From Candidatus Binatia bacterium (GTDB lineage Archaea > Nanobdellota > Nanobdellia > Woesearchaeales > ARS49): 37,312 nucleotides of DNA. The DNA is taken from assembly GCA_035476335.1 (NCBI GenBank), contig DATILO010000105.1, forward strand, positions 1 through 37,312. The letters are read 5' to 3'. Shown in pieces: positions 1-10,659 of this stretch (within the stretch, counting starts at the first letter, position 1; each line of letters opens with the position of its first letter). Under the pieces are notes generated by a model. That model had not been told where the DNA came from, made no database searches, and saw only the letters and a program-made list of their open reading frames with translations. The translations under genes and the position numbers were made by a program.

Positions 1-116
1 ACCAAGTGCGCGAAGTGCTCACGAACAAGAAGCGGCTCACGCTGGCGGGATGGTTCCACGAGAGTCGTACTCTCGTGGTGCCGCCGAAACGGAGGTTCGG
101 TGAGCACCATGGATAA
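1..116 (+). CDS. 3' end of a 2OG-Fe(II) oxygenase (prolyl-hydroxylase / OGFOD1-Tpa1-like catalytic domain), truncated by the window edge
   Basis: Frame 3 reads QVREVLTNKKRLTLAGWFHESRTLVVPPKRRFGEHHG, with stop TAA at 114-116. The R-L-x-L-x-G-W-F-H strand is the typical C-terminal signature of P4H-type 2OG oxygenases. It is absent from the ORF track because no start codon lies in the window. Confidence 0.4.
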   Translation, partial: QVREVLTNKKRLTLAGWFHESRTLVVPPKRRFGEHHG

Positions 117-675
117 ACTCGCCGACTGGATTAACCCCGCATATCTCGACCGCGGAACCGTGGACGAGCTTCGCGCCGTGTTCGAAAAGGAAAAGCAAAT
201 CCTCCTCAAGGACTTCTTGCGCAAGGACGCCTATGAACTGGCGATGAAACTCGCGCGTGCTGCGAAATTCAAGCGCGTGTTCATTCCCGACCAGATGTCG
301 TGCGCATTCGCGATGAAGCCGGACGCGCTGCTGGCGTTTTTGGTGTCGGAAAAGTTTGCACTCTATATCGAGATGATCACCGGTGTCAAGCCCGGGCACA
401 AGGCGTTTTACACGGAATTCCGCGCCGGCGATTACGCAGTCATCAAAGACTTGCCGCAGGATTGGAAGCTCGTCGCGCATCTCACGCTCTCACCCTGGGA
501 TGAATCGTGGGGCGGCCGCATGATTTTCCGTGATGCGCAAGGCAATCATCTCTCCAGCTGTCCCCAGGCAAATGCACTTCTTTTGACTCAGAACCAGAAG
601 AAGCTGCGCGGCTACGTCGAATATGTGAACCATCATGCGGGCAAGAAGACCTCGGTCACCGCAAATGTAGGCTAA
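109..675 (+). CDS. 2OG-oxygenase-like double-stranded beta-helix protein with a degenerate metal triad (Ofd1/Tpa1 C-terminal-domain-like)
   Basis: ATG at 109 (GTG at 100 is an alternative) overlaps the upstream stop by 8 nt. The N-terminus WINPAYL...LLKDFL and the core FRAGDYAVIKD...WGGRMIF fit the 2OG-Fe(II)_Oxy_4 / Ofd1_CTDD pattern by eye. The His of HxD is Ile (IKD), and no clear distal His is seen. Confidence 0.45.
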   Translation: MDKLADWINPAYLDRGTVDELRAVFEKEKQILLKDFLRKDAYELAMKLARAAKFKRVFIPDQMSCAFAMKPDALLAFLVSEKFALYIEMITGVKPGHKAFYTEFRAGDYAVIKDLPQDWKLVAHLTLSPWDESWGGRMIFRDAQGNHLSSCPQANALLLTQNQKKLRGYVEYVNHHAGKKTSVTANVG

Positions 676-678
676 TCT

Positions 679-1473
679 TCAACCAAATAGCCGCTGATAG
701 TTCAGCCAGACGTTGTTCGCGACTTCCTCAACGTCAAACTTTTTCTGCTTCGCGATGAACTTGACGCTCTCGAGCACGTTCTTCGGCTCATTTCTCTCGC
801 CGGCAACCGGACCGAGCCATGGCGAGTCCGTTTCCGTGAGCAACTGGTTGATGCCGAAGACGTTCACAATCATTTCGTAGTGCTGCAGTCTTACGCAGAC
901 CGGCGGAACGCTGGTGTAGAATCCCAAATCCGCGGCCTTGCGTGCAACGCTCTTGCGCGCGCCGAAGCTGTGCAAGTCGACTTTCTTCGCATTGCTCGAT
1001 TCGAGCATGTCAATCACATCTTTTTCCGCGTTGCGCGTGTGGACAATGAGTGGCTTCTTGATTTTCTCGGCGAGCGCGATGATTTTCTCGAAGTTCTCCC
1101 GCATCTTCTTCTGCAACGCCGGGTCGGTCACGAACTTGTAATCCAATCCGACCTCGCCGATGCCGACAATCTTGTCCTTTTGCGACTTGATGAACTCGAT
1201 TTCCTTGTCGAGATTGATGGGGTGCATCGGTCGCGTCAGGCCGGATTCGCCTTCCAAATCCAGCCCCAATGCGTCAATCGGATACGCTCCCAGCGCGGGC
1301 TTGATGAGCGGATGCTTCTTTGCGAGCTCAAGGACTTCACGATTTGTCGGCTCGTTTACGCCGTTGACCACAATCGCCTTGACTCCTGCCGCTTTCGCCC
1401 GCTCAAGCACGTCGTTCAGGTCTTTTTTGAACAATTCGTGCGTCAGGTGTGCGTGGACGTCGACGAGGAACAT
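679..1473 (-). CDS. tatD: TatD-family metal-dependent hydrolase/DNase
   Basis: MFLVDVHAHL... carries the HxH motif, with TIM-barrel hydrolase pattern throughout (GEVGLDY, HTR, SF, TDSPW). The start is set at the internal ATG at 1473, because the longer ORF to 1587 would run through the tRNA promoter and the tRNA itself. Confidence 0.85.
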   Translation of the reverse strand: MFLVDVHAHLTHELFKKDLNDVLERAKAAGVKAIVVNGVNEPTNREVLELAKKHPLIKPALGAYPIDALGLDLEGESGLTRPMHPINLDKEIEFIKSQKDKIVGIGEVGLDYKFVTDPALQKKMRENFEKIIALAEKIKKPLIVHTRNAEKDVIDMLESSNAKKVDLHSFGARKSVARKAADLGFYTSVPPVCVRLQHYEMIVNVFGINQLLTETDSPWLGPVAGERNEPKNVLESVKFIAKQKKFDVEEVANNVWLNYQRLFG

Positions 1474-1493
1474 GGCAGAAGTTTGGTGGGTAG

Positions 1494-1505
1494 ACTTTAA
1501 AAAGA
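1494..1505. promoter_or_regulatory. shared TATA box (CTTTAAAAAG) for divergent tatD and tRNA-Arg(CCG)
   Basis: An A/T block lies about 27 nt from the tatD ATG (1473) and about 29 nt from the tRNA 5' end (1529). Confidence 0.5.
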
Positions 1506-1528
1506 GATGCCTTTCTTCGTGGAGAAGT

Positions 1529-1602
1529 GCTCCTGTAGTATAACCTGGATAGTACTCGGCCCTCCGAAGGCTGTAGTCGGGGTTCAAATCCCCGCAGGAG
1601 CG
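1529..1602 (+). tRNA. tRNA-Arg (anticodon CCG)
   Basis: Hand-folded cloverleaf. Acceptor GCTCCTG/CAGGAGC, D stem GTAT/GTAC, anticodon stem CGGCC/GGCTG with loop CTCCGAA, T arm CGGGG-TTCAAAT-CCCCG, discriminator G. 74 nt, no encoded CCA. Confidence 0.9.
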
Positions 1603-2886
1603 TTATTGAGCCGCGCGCTCATCGCGCAGCACTTCTCGCACGGGCAGCGTGCGGCGCTCCTTCACGGTCAGCAGCACGAGGAATGAGCCGACGAAAAAGA
1701 GCACGAGCGAAAGCACCGCAATCCGTTGGTTTGCGGTCACGGACGAGACAACGCCGAACACCAACGGCCCGAGCGTTGCCGCGAGCTTGGACGCGAACCC
1801 GTTGAAGCCGAACAGTTCAGCTGAGTTCTCAAGAGGTACAAGGATGCTCAGCAGCGAGCGCCCGACGGCCTGCGTCGTTCCCAAAACAAGTCCTCCTAAG
1901 ACCGCAAGCAAGTAGAACATCCACGGCGTCGTCGTGTACGCGAGCCAGACTGCTGCAACCATCCAACCAAGAATGCTGATGAGCAGGATTTTCTTGTGCC
2001 CGAACTTATCCGCCAGTTGCCCGGCAGCAAACGTCGCGGGAAAACCGACAGCATGCACGATGAGGAACAACACCAGCACGCTCGAGAGCGGCAGTCCGAG
2101 TGTGGTGACGGCGAAAATGCCGGTGAACGAGATGAGCGTGAACATGCCGTCATTCACCAAGTAATAGCCGATGAAGAATCGGAAGATGTTCGCGTACTGC
2201 CTGATGTGCCGCAGCGTGTGGAACGCGCGATGGAAACCGTGCCCTATGAGGAACGGAATCCGCGCGCGCATCTTGTCTCCGCGGTCGTGGAGATGAAGGA
2301 ACGCAGGAATCGAGAAGAGCAGGAAAAACAACGCCGTGAGCGGGAACGTAAGCCGGAACGCGGTCTCATGCCCTGCATACCCGTGAATGTAGAGGGGGAT
2401 GAAGAGCAATGCCGCAACAATACCACCGAGATACCCCAATGCCCAGCCAAATCCGGAAATCCGTCCTGCGTACTGCGAACCCACAATGAGCACGAGGAAC
2501 GAATCGTAGAGCACAATCGCGTTCTCATACGCGAAATTCGTGATGATAAACAGCAGTCCTGCCGCGAGGACGCCTCCCGGTCCCGTAAAGTACAACGAGG
2601 CCGTGCCGAGAATGGCGATGATGCTGAAGAACACAAACAACGGCTTGCGTTTCCGCGCGTAATCCGCAACCGCGCCCATCGCCGGAGCCGCGAGCGCGCC
2701 GAGCAGCACGCTCGTGGAGAGCACGACGCCCCAGAGCAAGTCCGCGTGCGCGCTCCCTTGCGCAATCACGTTACGGAAATAGATGGAGAACAGCAGCGAG
2801 ATAACAATGATGGAATATGAGGAGTTGGCAAAGTCGAAGAGTGCCCAGGATACCACCTCTTTCGTGAGCAAGTCGCGGAACTTCAC
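1603..2886 (-). CDS. MFS transporter (UMF1/Atg22-like)
   Basis: About 12 hydrophobic helices. The N-terminus VKFRDLLTKEVVSWALFDFANSSY matches the UMF1-family start. A GTG start at 2886 is chosen because the longer ORF (to 3186) overlaps the upstream gene 2912-3289. Confidence 0.75.
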   Translation of the reverse strand: MKFRDLLTKEVVSWALFDFANSSYSIIVISLLFSIYFRNVIAQGSAHADLLWGVVLSTSVLLGALAAPAMGAVADYARKRKPLFVFFSIIAILGTASLYFTGPGGVLAAGLLFIITNFAYENAIVLYDSFLVLIVGSQYAGRISGFGWALGYLGGIVAALLFIPLYIHGYAGHETAFRLTFPLTALFFLLFSIPAFLHLHDRGDKMRARIPFLIGHGFHRAFHTLRHIRQYANIFRFFIGYYLVNDGMFTLISFTGIFAVTTLGLPLSSVLVLFLIVHAVGFPATFAAGQLADKFGHKKILLISILGWMVAAVWLAYTTTPWMFYLLAVLGGLVLGTTQAVGRSLLSILVPLENSAELFGFNGFASKLAATLGPLVFGVVSSVTANQRIAVLSLVLFFVGSFLVLLTVKERRTLPVREVLRDERAAQ

Positions 2887-2911
2887 GCGCAAATGAAACC
2901 GAACGGAGTTT

Positions 2912-3289
2912 TTAAGCGTTCCTGCCCAACAATGCAAGGACGTCTTCCACGAGCGGCTTGACATCGGGCACGTCCTTCTCGGTAACAAAATGCCGCGCGG
3001 CACGCGGCGAGATGAGAATGCGGTACGAGCCGAAACCCATCCCATCAGATTCGTACGCAAGGATGCCTGCCGCGACTCCCAAAGAAAACAGGTCCTGAAG
3101 CTCGATGCACTTCTTTCCCAGAACGCCGTCGGCAAAATGGAGTCTGCTGGGACGGGCCTGATGCGCATCGTAGAGGGCAAGTTCAAGTGAGCGGTCGCCG
3201 CAGGGAACGCGCGCCGGTTCCTCCTTCGCGAGGATACGATACCAGGAAAAGAACGCGACCGAGAACTGATAGAGTTCGAAATCGTTCAT
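2912..3289 (-). CDS. hypothetical 125-aa protein translationally coupled to deoxyhypusine synthase
   Basis: The ATG at 3289 overlaps the DHS stop (ATGA at 3286-3289). The product MNDFELYQFSVAFFSWYRILAKEE... has no motif I recognise. Confidence 0.5.
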   Translation of the reverse strand: MNDFELYQFSVAFFSWYRILAKEEPARVPCGDRSLELALYDAHQARPSRLHFADGVLGKKCIELQDLFSLGVAAGILAYESDGMGFGSYRILISPRAARHFVTEKDVPDVKPLVEDVLALLGRNA

Positions 3290-4287
3290 TTGAACGCCGC
3301 CGCCACGAGCAGCGGGAACAGAATCGTTGCGTCCCCGACCACCTTGACGTGCTCGGCCTTTGCTCCGATTTTTCCCCACGAAATCGCTTCCTCGGGCTCG
3401 GCTCCCGAGTCGGAACCGTCATATTCCATTGCAGTATTGATGTACACCGCATACTTCAGCCCCTCGCGGAACATGTTCGCGTTGCAGATTTGGTGTTTCA
3501 CCAGGCCGGCGCCGATAATGAGCGCACCCGTCTCCTTCGCGTCAATTGCGAGGTTGTTGAGCCGGAACGTGTCCTCGAGAATGTCCAACTTGAGCTCGGG
3601 CTGGTTGTACTTGAAGAAGAACATGATGTCGCCGATGCTGCCATCCGTCAACGCGGGACAGAACACCGGGATGTGGTGCTTGGCCGCCCAGTAATAGATG
3701 CTTTCCTCATTATTGATGCGCTCGCCAAGAATCTTGATAATCTCTGACGGCGAGCAAATCTTGCCTGACTTCTTCTGCTCGGCAACGAGCTCCTTCAAAA
3801 TCGGGGTGAGGAAGTCCTCGAACGCGCCGTAGCGGTCGTTGGGAACAAAGATGTTGCCGATGCGGTTGATGCCCTGCTCGCGCAGGGGTGCGCCTTTTGC
3901 GCGGAAGTCTCCCAGGACAAACGGCTTCAAGCATTTGATAATGTCTTCCTCGATGCCGCCTGCGGTGGTGACGATGACGTCCACCTGGTTGTTCTTGACC
4001 ACGTGCAGAATCGCTTCACGCACGCCTGAAGAAACCATGTTGGACGTGTAGCCGAGAAACAACCGCAAGCCATTCTTGCGCGCGTCACGCATCTTTTTGG
4101 TGAGTTCCACCGCTTTCGCGAAATGCGTTGCCTGAAAGCCGGTGGCAGCATACGCGTCGATGAACTTTTTCAAGTCAAATGTCTTGGAGAAGTCATATCC
4201 TTTGATGGTGACTTCCGCCTTCGGCTCCTTCGAGCGCTTGAAGATGGATTCCTTCGCCTTCGCGAGCTTGTCTTTCGAGACCCCCAT
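3286..4287 (-). CDS. dys: deoxyhypusine synthase
   Basis: Full-length match by eye to DHS, including GYTSNMVSSGVRE, VDVIVTTAGGIEEDIIKC and EAISWGKI. Confidence 0.9.
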   Translation of the reverse strand: MGVSKDKLAKAKESIFKRSKEPKAEVTIKGYDFSKTFDLKKFIDAYAATGFQATHFAKAVELTKKMRDARKNGLRLFLGYTSNMVSSGVREAILHVVKNNQVDVIVTTAGGIEEDIIKCLKPFVLGDFRAKGAPLREQGINRIGNIFVPNDRYGAFEDFLTPILKELVAEQKKSGKICSPSEIIKILGERINNEESIYYWAAKHHIPVFCPALTDGSIGDIMFFFKYNQPELKLDILEDTFRLNNLAIDAKETGALIIGAGLVKHQICNANMFREGLKYAVYINTAMEYDGSDSGAEPEEAISWGKIGAKAEHVKVVGDATILFPLLVAAAFK

Positions 4288-4308
4288 GCCCTCCTTTCTC
4301 GACGGTTC

Positions 4309-4319
4309 GTTTATAAAGA
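4309..4319 (-). promoter_or_regulatory. TATA box (TTTATAAA) for dys
   Basis: Lies about 26 nt upstream of the dys ATG at 4287, implying a leaderless transcript. Confidence 0.45.
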
Positions 4320-4347
4320 TTGTGCTGGATAGCAGAGGCGATAAATG

Positions 4348-4357
4348 CTTTTATAGT
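4348..4357 (+). promoter_or_regulatory. TATA box (TTTTATAG) for purF
   Basis: Lies about 29 nt upstream of the purF ATG at 4382. Confidence 0.45.
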
Positions 4358-4381
4358 GGTCAACCGGCTTTACCACAAGAT

Positions 4382-5827
4382 ATGGGGGAAATTAAAGAGG
4401 CTTGTGGCATCTTCGGAGTCTACAGCCATCCCGATGCGGCATACCTGACTTTTCTCGGACTCCAAGCGCTGCAGCACCGCGGACAGGAAAGCTGCGGCAT
4501 CGTTGTCAGCGACGGAACCGTGATGCGGCACCGCGTCCGCATGGGTTTGGTCGCGACCAATTTCGCACCGGAACATTTCCCGGGCAAGAACAGCAACGGG
4601 GAAGCGCTGTACGGGTACATTGCGAGCGGGCACAACCGGTATTCCACGACCGGCTCGTCACGAATCGAAAACGCCCAGCCCTTGTTGCTCGACATCAAGT
4701 ACGGGCCGGTTTCGCTGGCGCACAACGGCAACATCACGAATGCGGAAAAACTCCGCAACGAACTCAAGCAGCGCGGTGCGGACTTCAAGGGCACCACCGA
4801 CAGCGAAGTCATCGGCAAGCTCATCGCGTTCTCCTCATCACCGACGCTCCAAGGGGCAATCATGGATGCATTGCCGCGGCTCGAAGGGTCGTACTCGCTC
4901 GTCATCACGAGCAATGATGCTCTCTATGCTATCCGCGACCCGCACGGGTTCCGACCATTGTGCTTCGGCTACCGCGACAATGCCGTCATCGTGGCCTCGG
5001 AAAGCTGCGCGCTTGACGTGGTGAACGCCACCCTGAACCGCGAGATGAGCCCGGGCGAAATGATTGTCGTCGACAAGGACTCCTGGCAGACGGAAGCGCG
5101 CTACCGCAGCGAATGGATTGTGCCGAAAGAAATCACCAAACCCTCCTTATGCCTCTTCGAGCTCATCTATTTCGCCCGGCCCGACAGCATCATCAACGGC
5201 ATCTCGGTCGCGGAAGTGCGCAGGAAACTGGGACAGCAATGCGCACGTGAGCATCCGGTCGAGGCAGACATCGTCGTTCCCGTGCTTGACTCGGGACTGT
5301 ACGCCGCCCAGGGCTATGCCAAGCAGAGCGGCATCCCGCTCGAGCTCGCCTATGTTCGCAATCACTACGTGCATCGCACCTTCATCAATCCCAGCCAGCA
5401 GGAACGCGCCAAGCAGGTGAACCTCAAGCTCAACATCATCAAGACCTTGGTCAAAGGAAAGCGCGTCGTGGTCGTGGACGACAGCATCGTGCGCGGCAAC
5501 ACCGCATCGAGCAGGGTCGCGGAATTCAAGGCGTGCGGCGCAAAGGAAGTCCACATGCGCGTCAGCTGCCCGCCCACCCGGCACCCGTGCTTCTACGGCG
5601 TCGACTTCCCCACCAGCAAGGAACTCATTGCCGCAAACAAGACCATCAACCAAATCCAGGAACACATTCGCGCCGACAGCTTGGGCTACGTGAGCATGGA
5701 TGGAGCCATCGAAGCCGCGAAAGGGGTTGCTTCGGGATACTGCACTGCCTGCTGGACCGGCAAATATCCGACGGCCCTCACGGACGCGAGCCAGGGGCTC
5801 ACCGTGCAGAAATTCTACAACAACTGA
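4382..5827 (+). CDS. purF: amidophosphoribosyltransferase
   Basis: MGEIKEA propeptide followed by CGIFGV (N-terminal nucleophile Cys). PRTase motif VVVVDDSIVRGNT. C-terminal Cys ligands (CFYGVDFP, CTACWTG). The start is moved to the ATG at 4382, since the longer ORF overlaps dys. Confidence 0.9.
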   Translation: MGEIKEACGIFGVYSHPDAAYLTFLGLQALQHRGQESCGIVVSDGTVMRHRVRMGLVATNFAPEHFPGKNSNGEALYGYIASGHNRYSTTGSSRIENAQPLLLDIKYGPVSLAHNGNITNAEKLRNELKQRGADFKGTTDSEVIGKLIAFSSSPTLQGAIMDALPRLEGSYSLVITSNDALYAIRDPHGFRPLCFGYRDNAVIVASESCALDVVNATLNREMSPGEMIVVDKDSWQTEARYRSEWIVPKEITKPSLCLFELIYFARPDSIINGISVAEVRRKLGQQCAREHPVEADIVVPVLDSGLYAAQGYAKQSGIPLELAYVRNHYVHRTFINPSQQERAKQVNLKLNIIKTLVKGKRVVVVDDSIVRGNTASSRVAEFKACGAKEVHMRVSCPPTRHPCFYGVDFPTSKELIAANKTINQIQEHIRADSLGYVSMDGAIEAAKGVASGYCTACWTGKYPTALTDASQGLTVQKFYNN

Positions 5828-5907
5828 CGCTACCGTCGAGTAAGGAAAGATTTATATATGCATTTTCTCCCAAGCGAACTGTTTAAATAACGCCATCGGG
5901 TGAAGAC

Positions 5908-8626
<2,719 letters not shown>

Positions 8627-8631
8627 TTTCT

Positions 8632-8913
8632 ATGCCCAAGAAAGTCCGCGCGTCCCACATTCTTGTCAAGACGGAACAAGAGGCAAACGGCATTCTCTTT
8701 GACTTGAAGCGCGGCGCATCCTTTGAGGAAACCGCGAAGGTAAAATCCATCTGTCCCTCTGCCAAGAAGGGCGGCGATTTGGGCTGGTTCGGCAAGGGCA
8801 TGATGGTCAAGGAGTTTGAAGACGCCGCGTTCTCGCTGCCCGTCAACGAGCTCTCGAAGCCCGTCAAGACGCGCTTCGGCTACCACATCATCAAGGTCAC
8901 GGAAACGCAGTAG
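8632..8913 (+). CDS. parvulin-type peptidyl-prolyl cis-trans isomerase (PpiC/PinA-like)
   Basis: SHILV...GGDLGWFGKGMMVKEFEDAAF...SKPVKTRFGYHIIK is the canonical parvulin pattern. The ATG at 8632 is preferred over the TTG at 8623. Confidence 0.85.
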   Translation: MPKKVRASHILVKTEQEANGILFDLKRGASFEETAKVKSICPSAKKGGDLGWFGKGMMVKEFEDAAFSLPVNELSKPVKTRFGYHIIKVTETQ

Positions 8914-8920
8914 TCGTTAA

Positions 8921-9082
8921 CCGTTCTCAGGCAGGTTTGTCGTATCGTTGCTTCGTTTATGTCGTTGCACCCTGGTGATGGTTGTCGTTCGTGCGTTATC
9001 GATTTTTTGAAGACGACGCTACAAAACTACCTGGGAAGAAGAGCCAAGGTACAAACGACGCCTCAAATCTGCCGGGGACGCG
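8921..9082. repeat. cluster of four degenerate core motifs of the structured-repeat family (two forward, two reverse), forming an imperfect long palindrome
   Basis: Forward cores at 8921-8955 (CCGTTCTCAGGCAGGTTTGTCGTATCG) and 8971-9002 (GGTGATGGTTGTCGTTCGTGCG). Reverse cores at 9011-9045 (ACGACGCTACAAAACTACCTGGGAAGAAGAGCC) and 9049-9082 (GTACAAACGACGCCTCAAATCTGCCGGGGACGCG). Compare the core CCGGCAGTTTTGTCGTTCGTACGCG at 22530-22554. Confidence 0.55.
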
Positions 9083-9132
9083 CCAACGACGATAGCGCAA
9101 CCTTAATAAAGCCAACAACGTGCATTTCCTTC

Positions 9133-10419
9133 ATGCCAAAGCCAGGTGACAAGGTCTCAGTAATCACCACCGATGAAACCATTCACGGCGTTCTCCTGCC
9201 GGAAGAAAAGGATTTCATCGTGCTCAAGCTCGAGTCCGGCTACAACATCGGCATTGACAAGAAACGCGTGCGCGAAGTCAAGGTCGTTGCCGCACACCAG
9301 GAGAAAACCGAGTCCGCGAAAACGGCCGCGCAGCGCAAGGGACTCCCCACCATCACGATTCTGCACACCGGCGGCACCATCGCGAGCAAGGTCGATTACG
9401 AGACCGGTGCGGTGACGAACCGCTTCACGCCCGAGGAGATTCTCGCGCTCTTTCCCGAACTCAAGGACATTGCGAACATCGACTCGCGCCTCGTGCGCAA
9501 CATGGCGTCCGACGACATGCGGTTCGCGCACTACAACATCCTCGCGCACGAAGTCGCGAAGGAAGTCGCGAAAGGCGTCAAGGGCGTCATCATCACGCAC
9601 GGCACGGACACGCTCCACTACTCATCCGCCGCACTTTCCTTTGCGCTCCGCAACCTCCCCATTCCCGTGCTTCTGGTGGGCGCGCAACGCTCCTCAGACC
9701 GCGGAAGCTCGGATGCGGGCATGAACCTCATTGCCGCGGCAACCTTCATCGCGCAAACGGACTTGGCGGGCGTCGGCGTGTGCATGCACGAAACCTCGAA
9801 CGACAACACGTGCGTCGTGCTGCCGGGCACCAAGTGCCGGAAGCTCCACAGCTCGCGGAGAGACGCGTTCAAGCCCATCAACTCCGCGCCGTGGGCGCGC
9901 GTGGACCCGCAATCCAAGCGCATCAACTACTTCCGCACGGACTACCCGCGCAAGTCCGGCACGTTCGTCGTCAAGCCGTTCAAGGAAACGCTGCAAGTCG
10001 GCATCCTCTTCATCCACACGAACATGTATGCCGAACAATTCGCGTGCTACAAGGGCTGGAACGGGCTCGTGCTCGCGGGCACCGGCCTGGGGCACATCCC
10101 GATGAGCGAAATCGACGCGGAAACCAAGGAACACGCGAAGATTTTCAACGCCGTCAAGGACATCATCAAGTCAGGCACCGTCGTTGCGATGGCGACGCAG
10201 ACGCTCTTCGGACAAGTGGACATGAACGTCTATGCGCCCGGCAGAAAGCTCCAGGAAGCAGGCGTCATCGGCAACCTCACGGATCTGCATCCCGAAACCG
10301 CGTTCATCAAGCTCGCCTGGCTCCTGAGCAATTATCCCAAGGACGAAGCCCAAGCGCTCTATACCACGAACATCGCGGGCGAGCTCAGCGAACGCATCGA
10401 GCCCGGCGCGTTCCTCTAA
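9133..10419 (+). CDS. gatD: Glu-tRNA(Gln) amidotransferase subunit D
   Basis: N-terminal small barrel domain followed by an asparaginase-like domain (ILHTGGTIAS, THGTDT). The start is set at the ATG at 9133, because the upstream part of the tracked ORF is the repeat-filled intergenic region. Confidence 0.9.
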   Translation: MPKPGDKVSVITTDETIHGVLLPEEKDFIVLKLESGYNIGIDKKRVREVKVVAAHQEKTESAKTAAQRKGLPTITILHTGGTIASKVDYETGAVTNRFTPEEILALFPELKDIANIDSRLVRNMASDDMRFAHYNILAHEVAKEVAKGVKGVIITHGTDTLHYSSAALSFALRNLPIPVLLVGAQRSSDRGSSDAGMNLIAAATFIAQTDLAGVGVCMHETSNDNTCVVLPGTKCRKLHSSRRDAFKPINSAPWARVDPQSKRINYFRTDYPRKSGTFVVKPFKETLQVGILFIHTNMYAEQFACYKGWNGLVLAGTGLGHIPMSEIDAETKEHAKIFNAVKDIIKSGTVVAMATQTLFGQVDMNVYAPGRKLQEAGVIGNLTDLHPETAFIKLAWLLSNYPKDEAQALYTTNIAGELSERIEPGAFL

Positions 10420-10422
10420 ATC

Positions 10423-10659
10423 ATGTATATCCTCGACCTCCTCAACAAAATCAAGTGGGACAAGAACGAGAGCCCCGCGGACTACACGTTCGCGTACGAG
10501 GACCGCGTGCTCCGCCAGCTCGTCGAGAAGAAGTACTCGGAAATCAAGCGCATCGAGCCCGCGTTCGTCGTTCTCGAGATGGCGGGCGAAGAAGTCGAGA
10601 TTCCGCTCTCGCGCATCAAGGTCGTCAAGAAACAAGGAGCACTCATATGGCGGCGCTGA
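10423..10659 (+). CDS. DUF504 / UPF0248 family small protein
   Basis: The 78-aa product LLNKIKWDKNESPADY...IPLSRIKVVKKQGALIW matches from memory the archaeal UPF0248 pattern (NKIKWD...IP.HRI). It lies 3 nt after the gatD stop and overlaps the gatE start by 13 nt. Confidence 0.65.
   Translation: MYILDLLNKIKWDKNESPADYTFAYEDRVLRQLVEKKYSEIKRIEPAFVVLEMAGEEVEIPLSRIKVVKKQGALIWRR

Noticed and set aside
37-480. 147-aa minus-strand ORF
   Set aside because: It lies entirely antisense to the 2OG-oxygenase-like gene, and its product is Arg/His-rich with no motif. This is a typical shadow ORF of GC-rich coding DNA.
1603-3186. N-terminal extensions of tracked ORFs (1603-3186, 679-1587, 4142-5827, 6287-8626, 8959-10419, 9780-12479)
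   Set aside because: The extensions overlap neighbouring genes, a tRNA or promoters and look non-protein-like. Family-typical N-termini begin at the internal starts 2886, 1473, 4382, 6338, 9133 and 10647.
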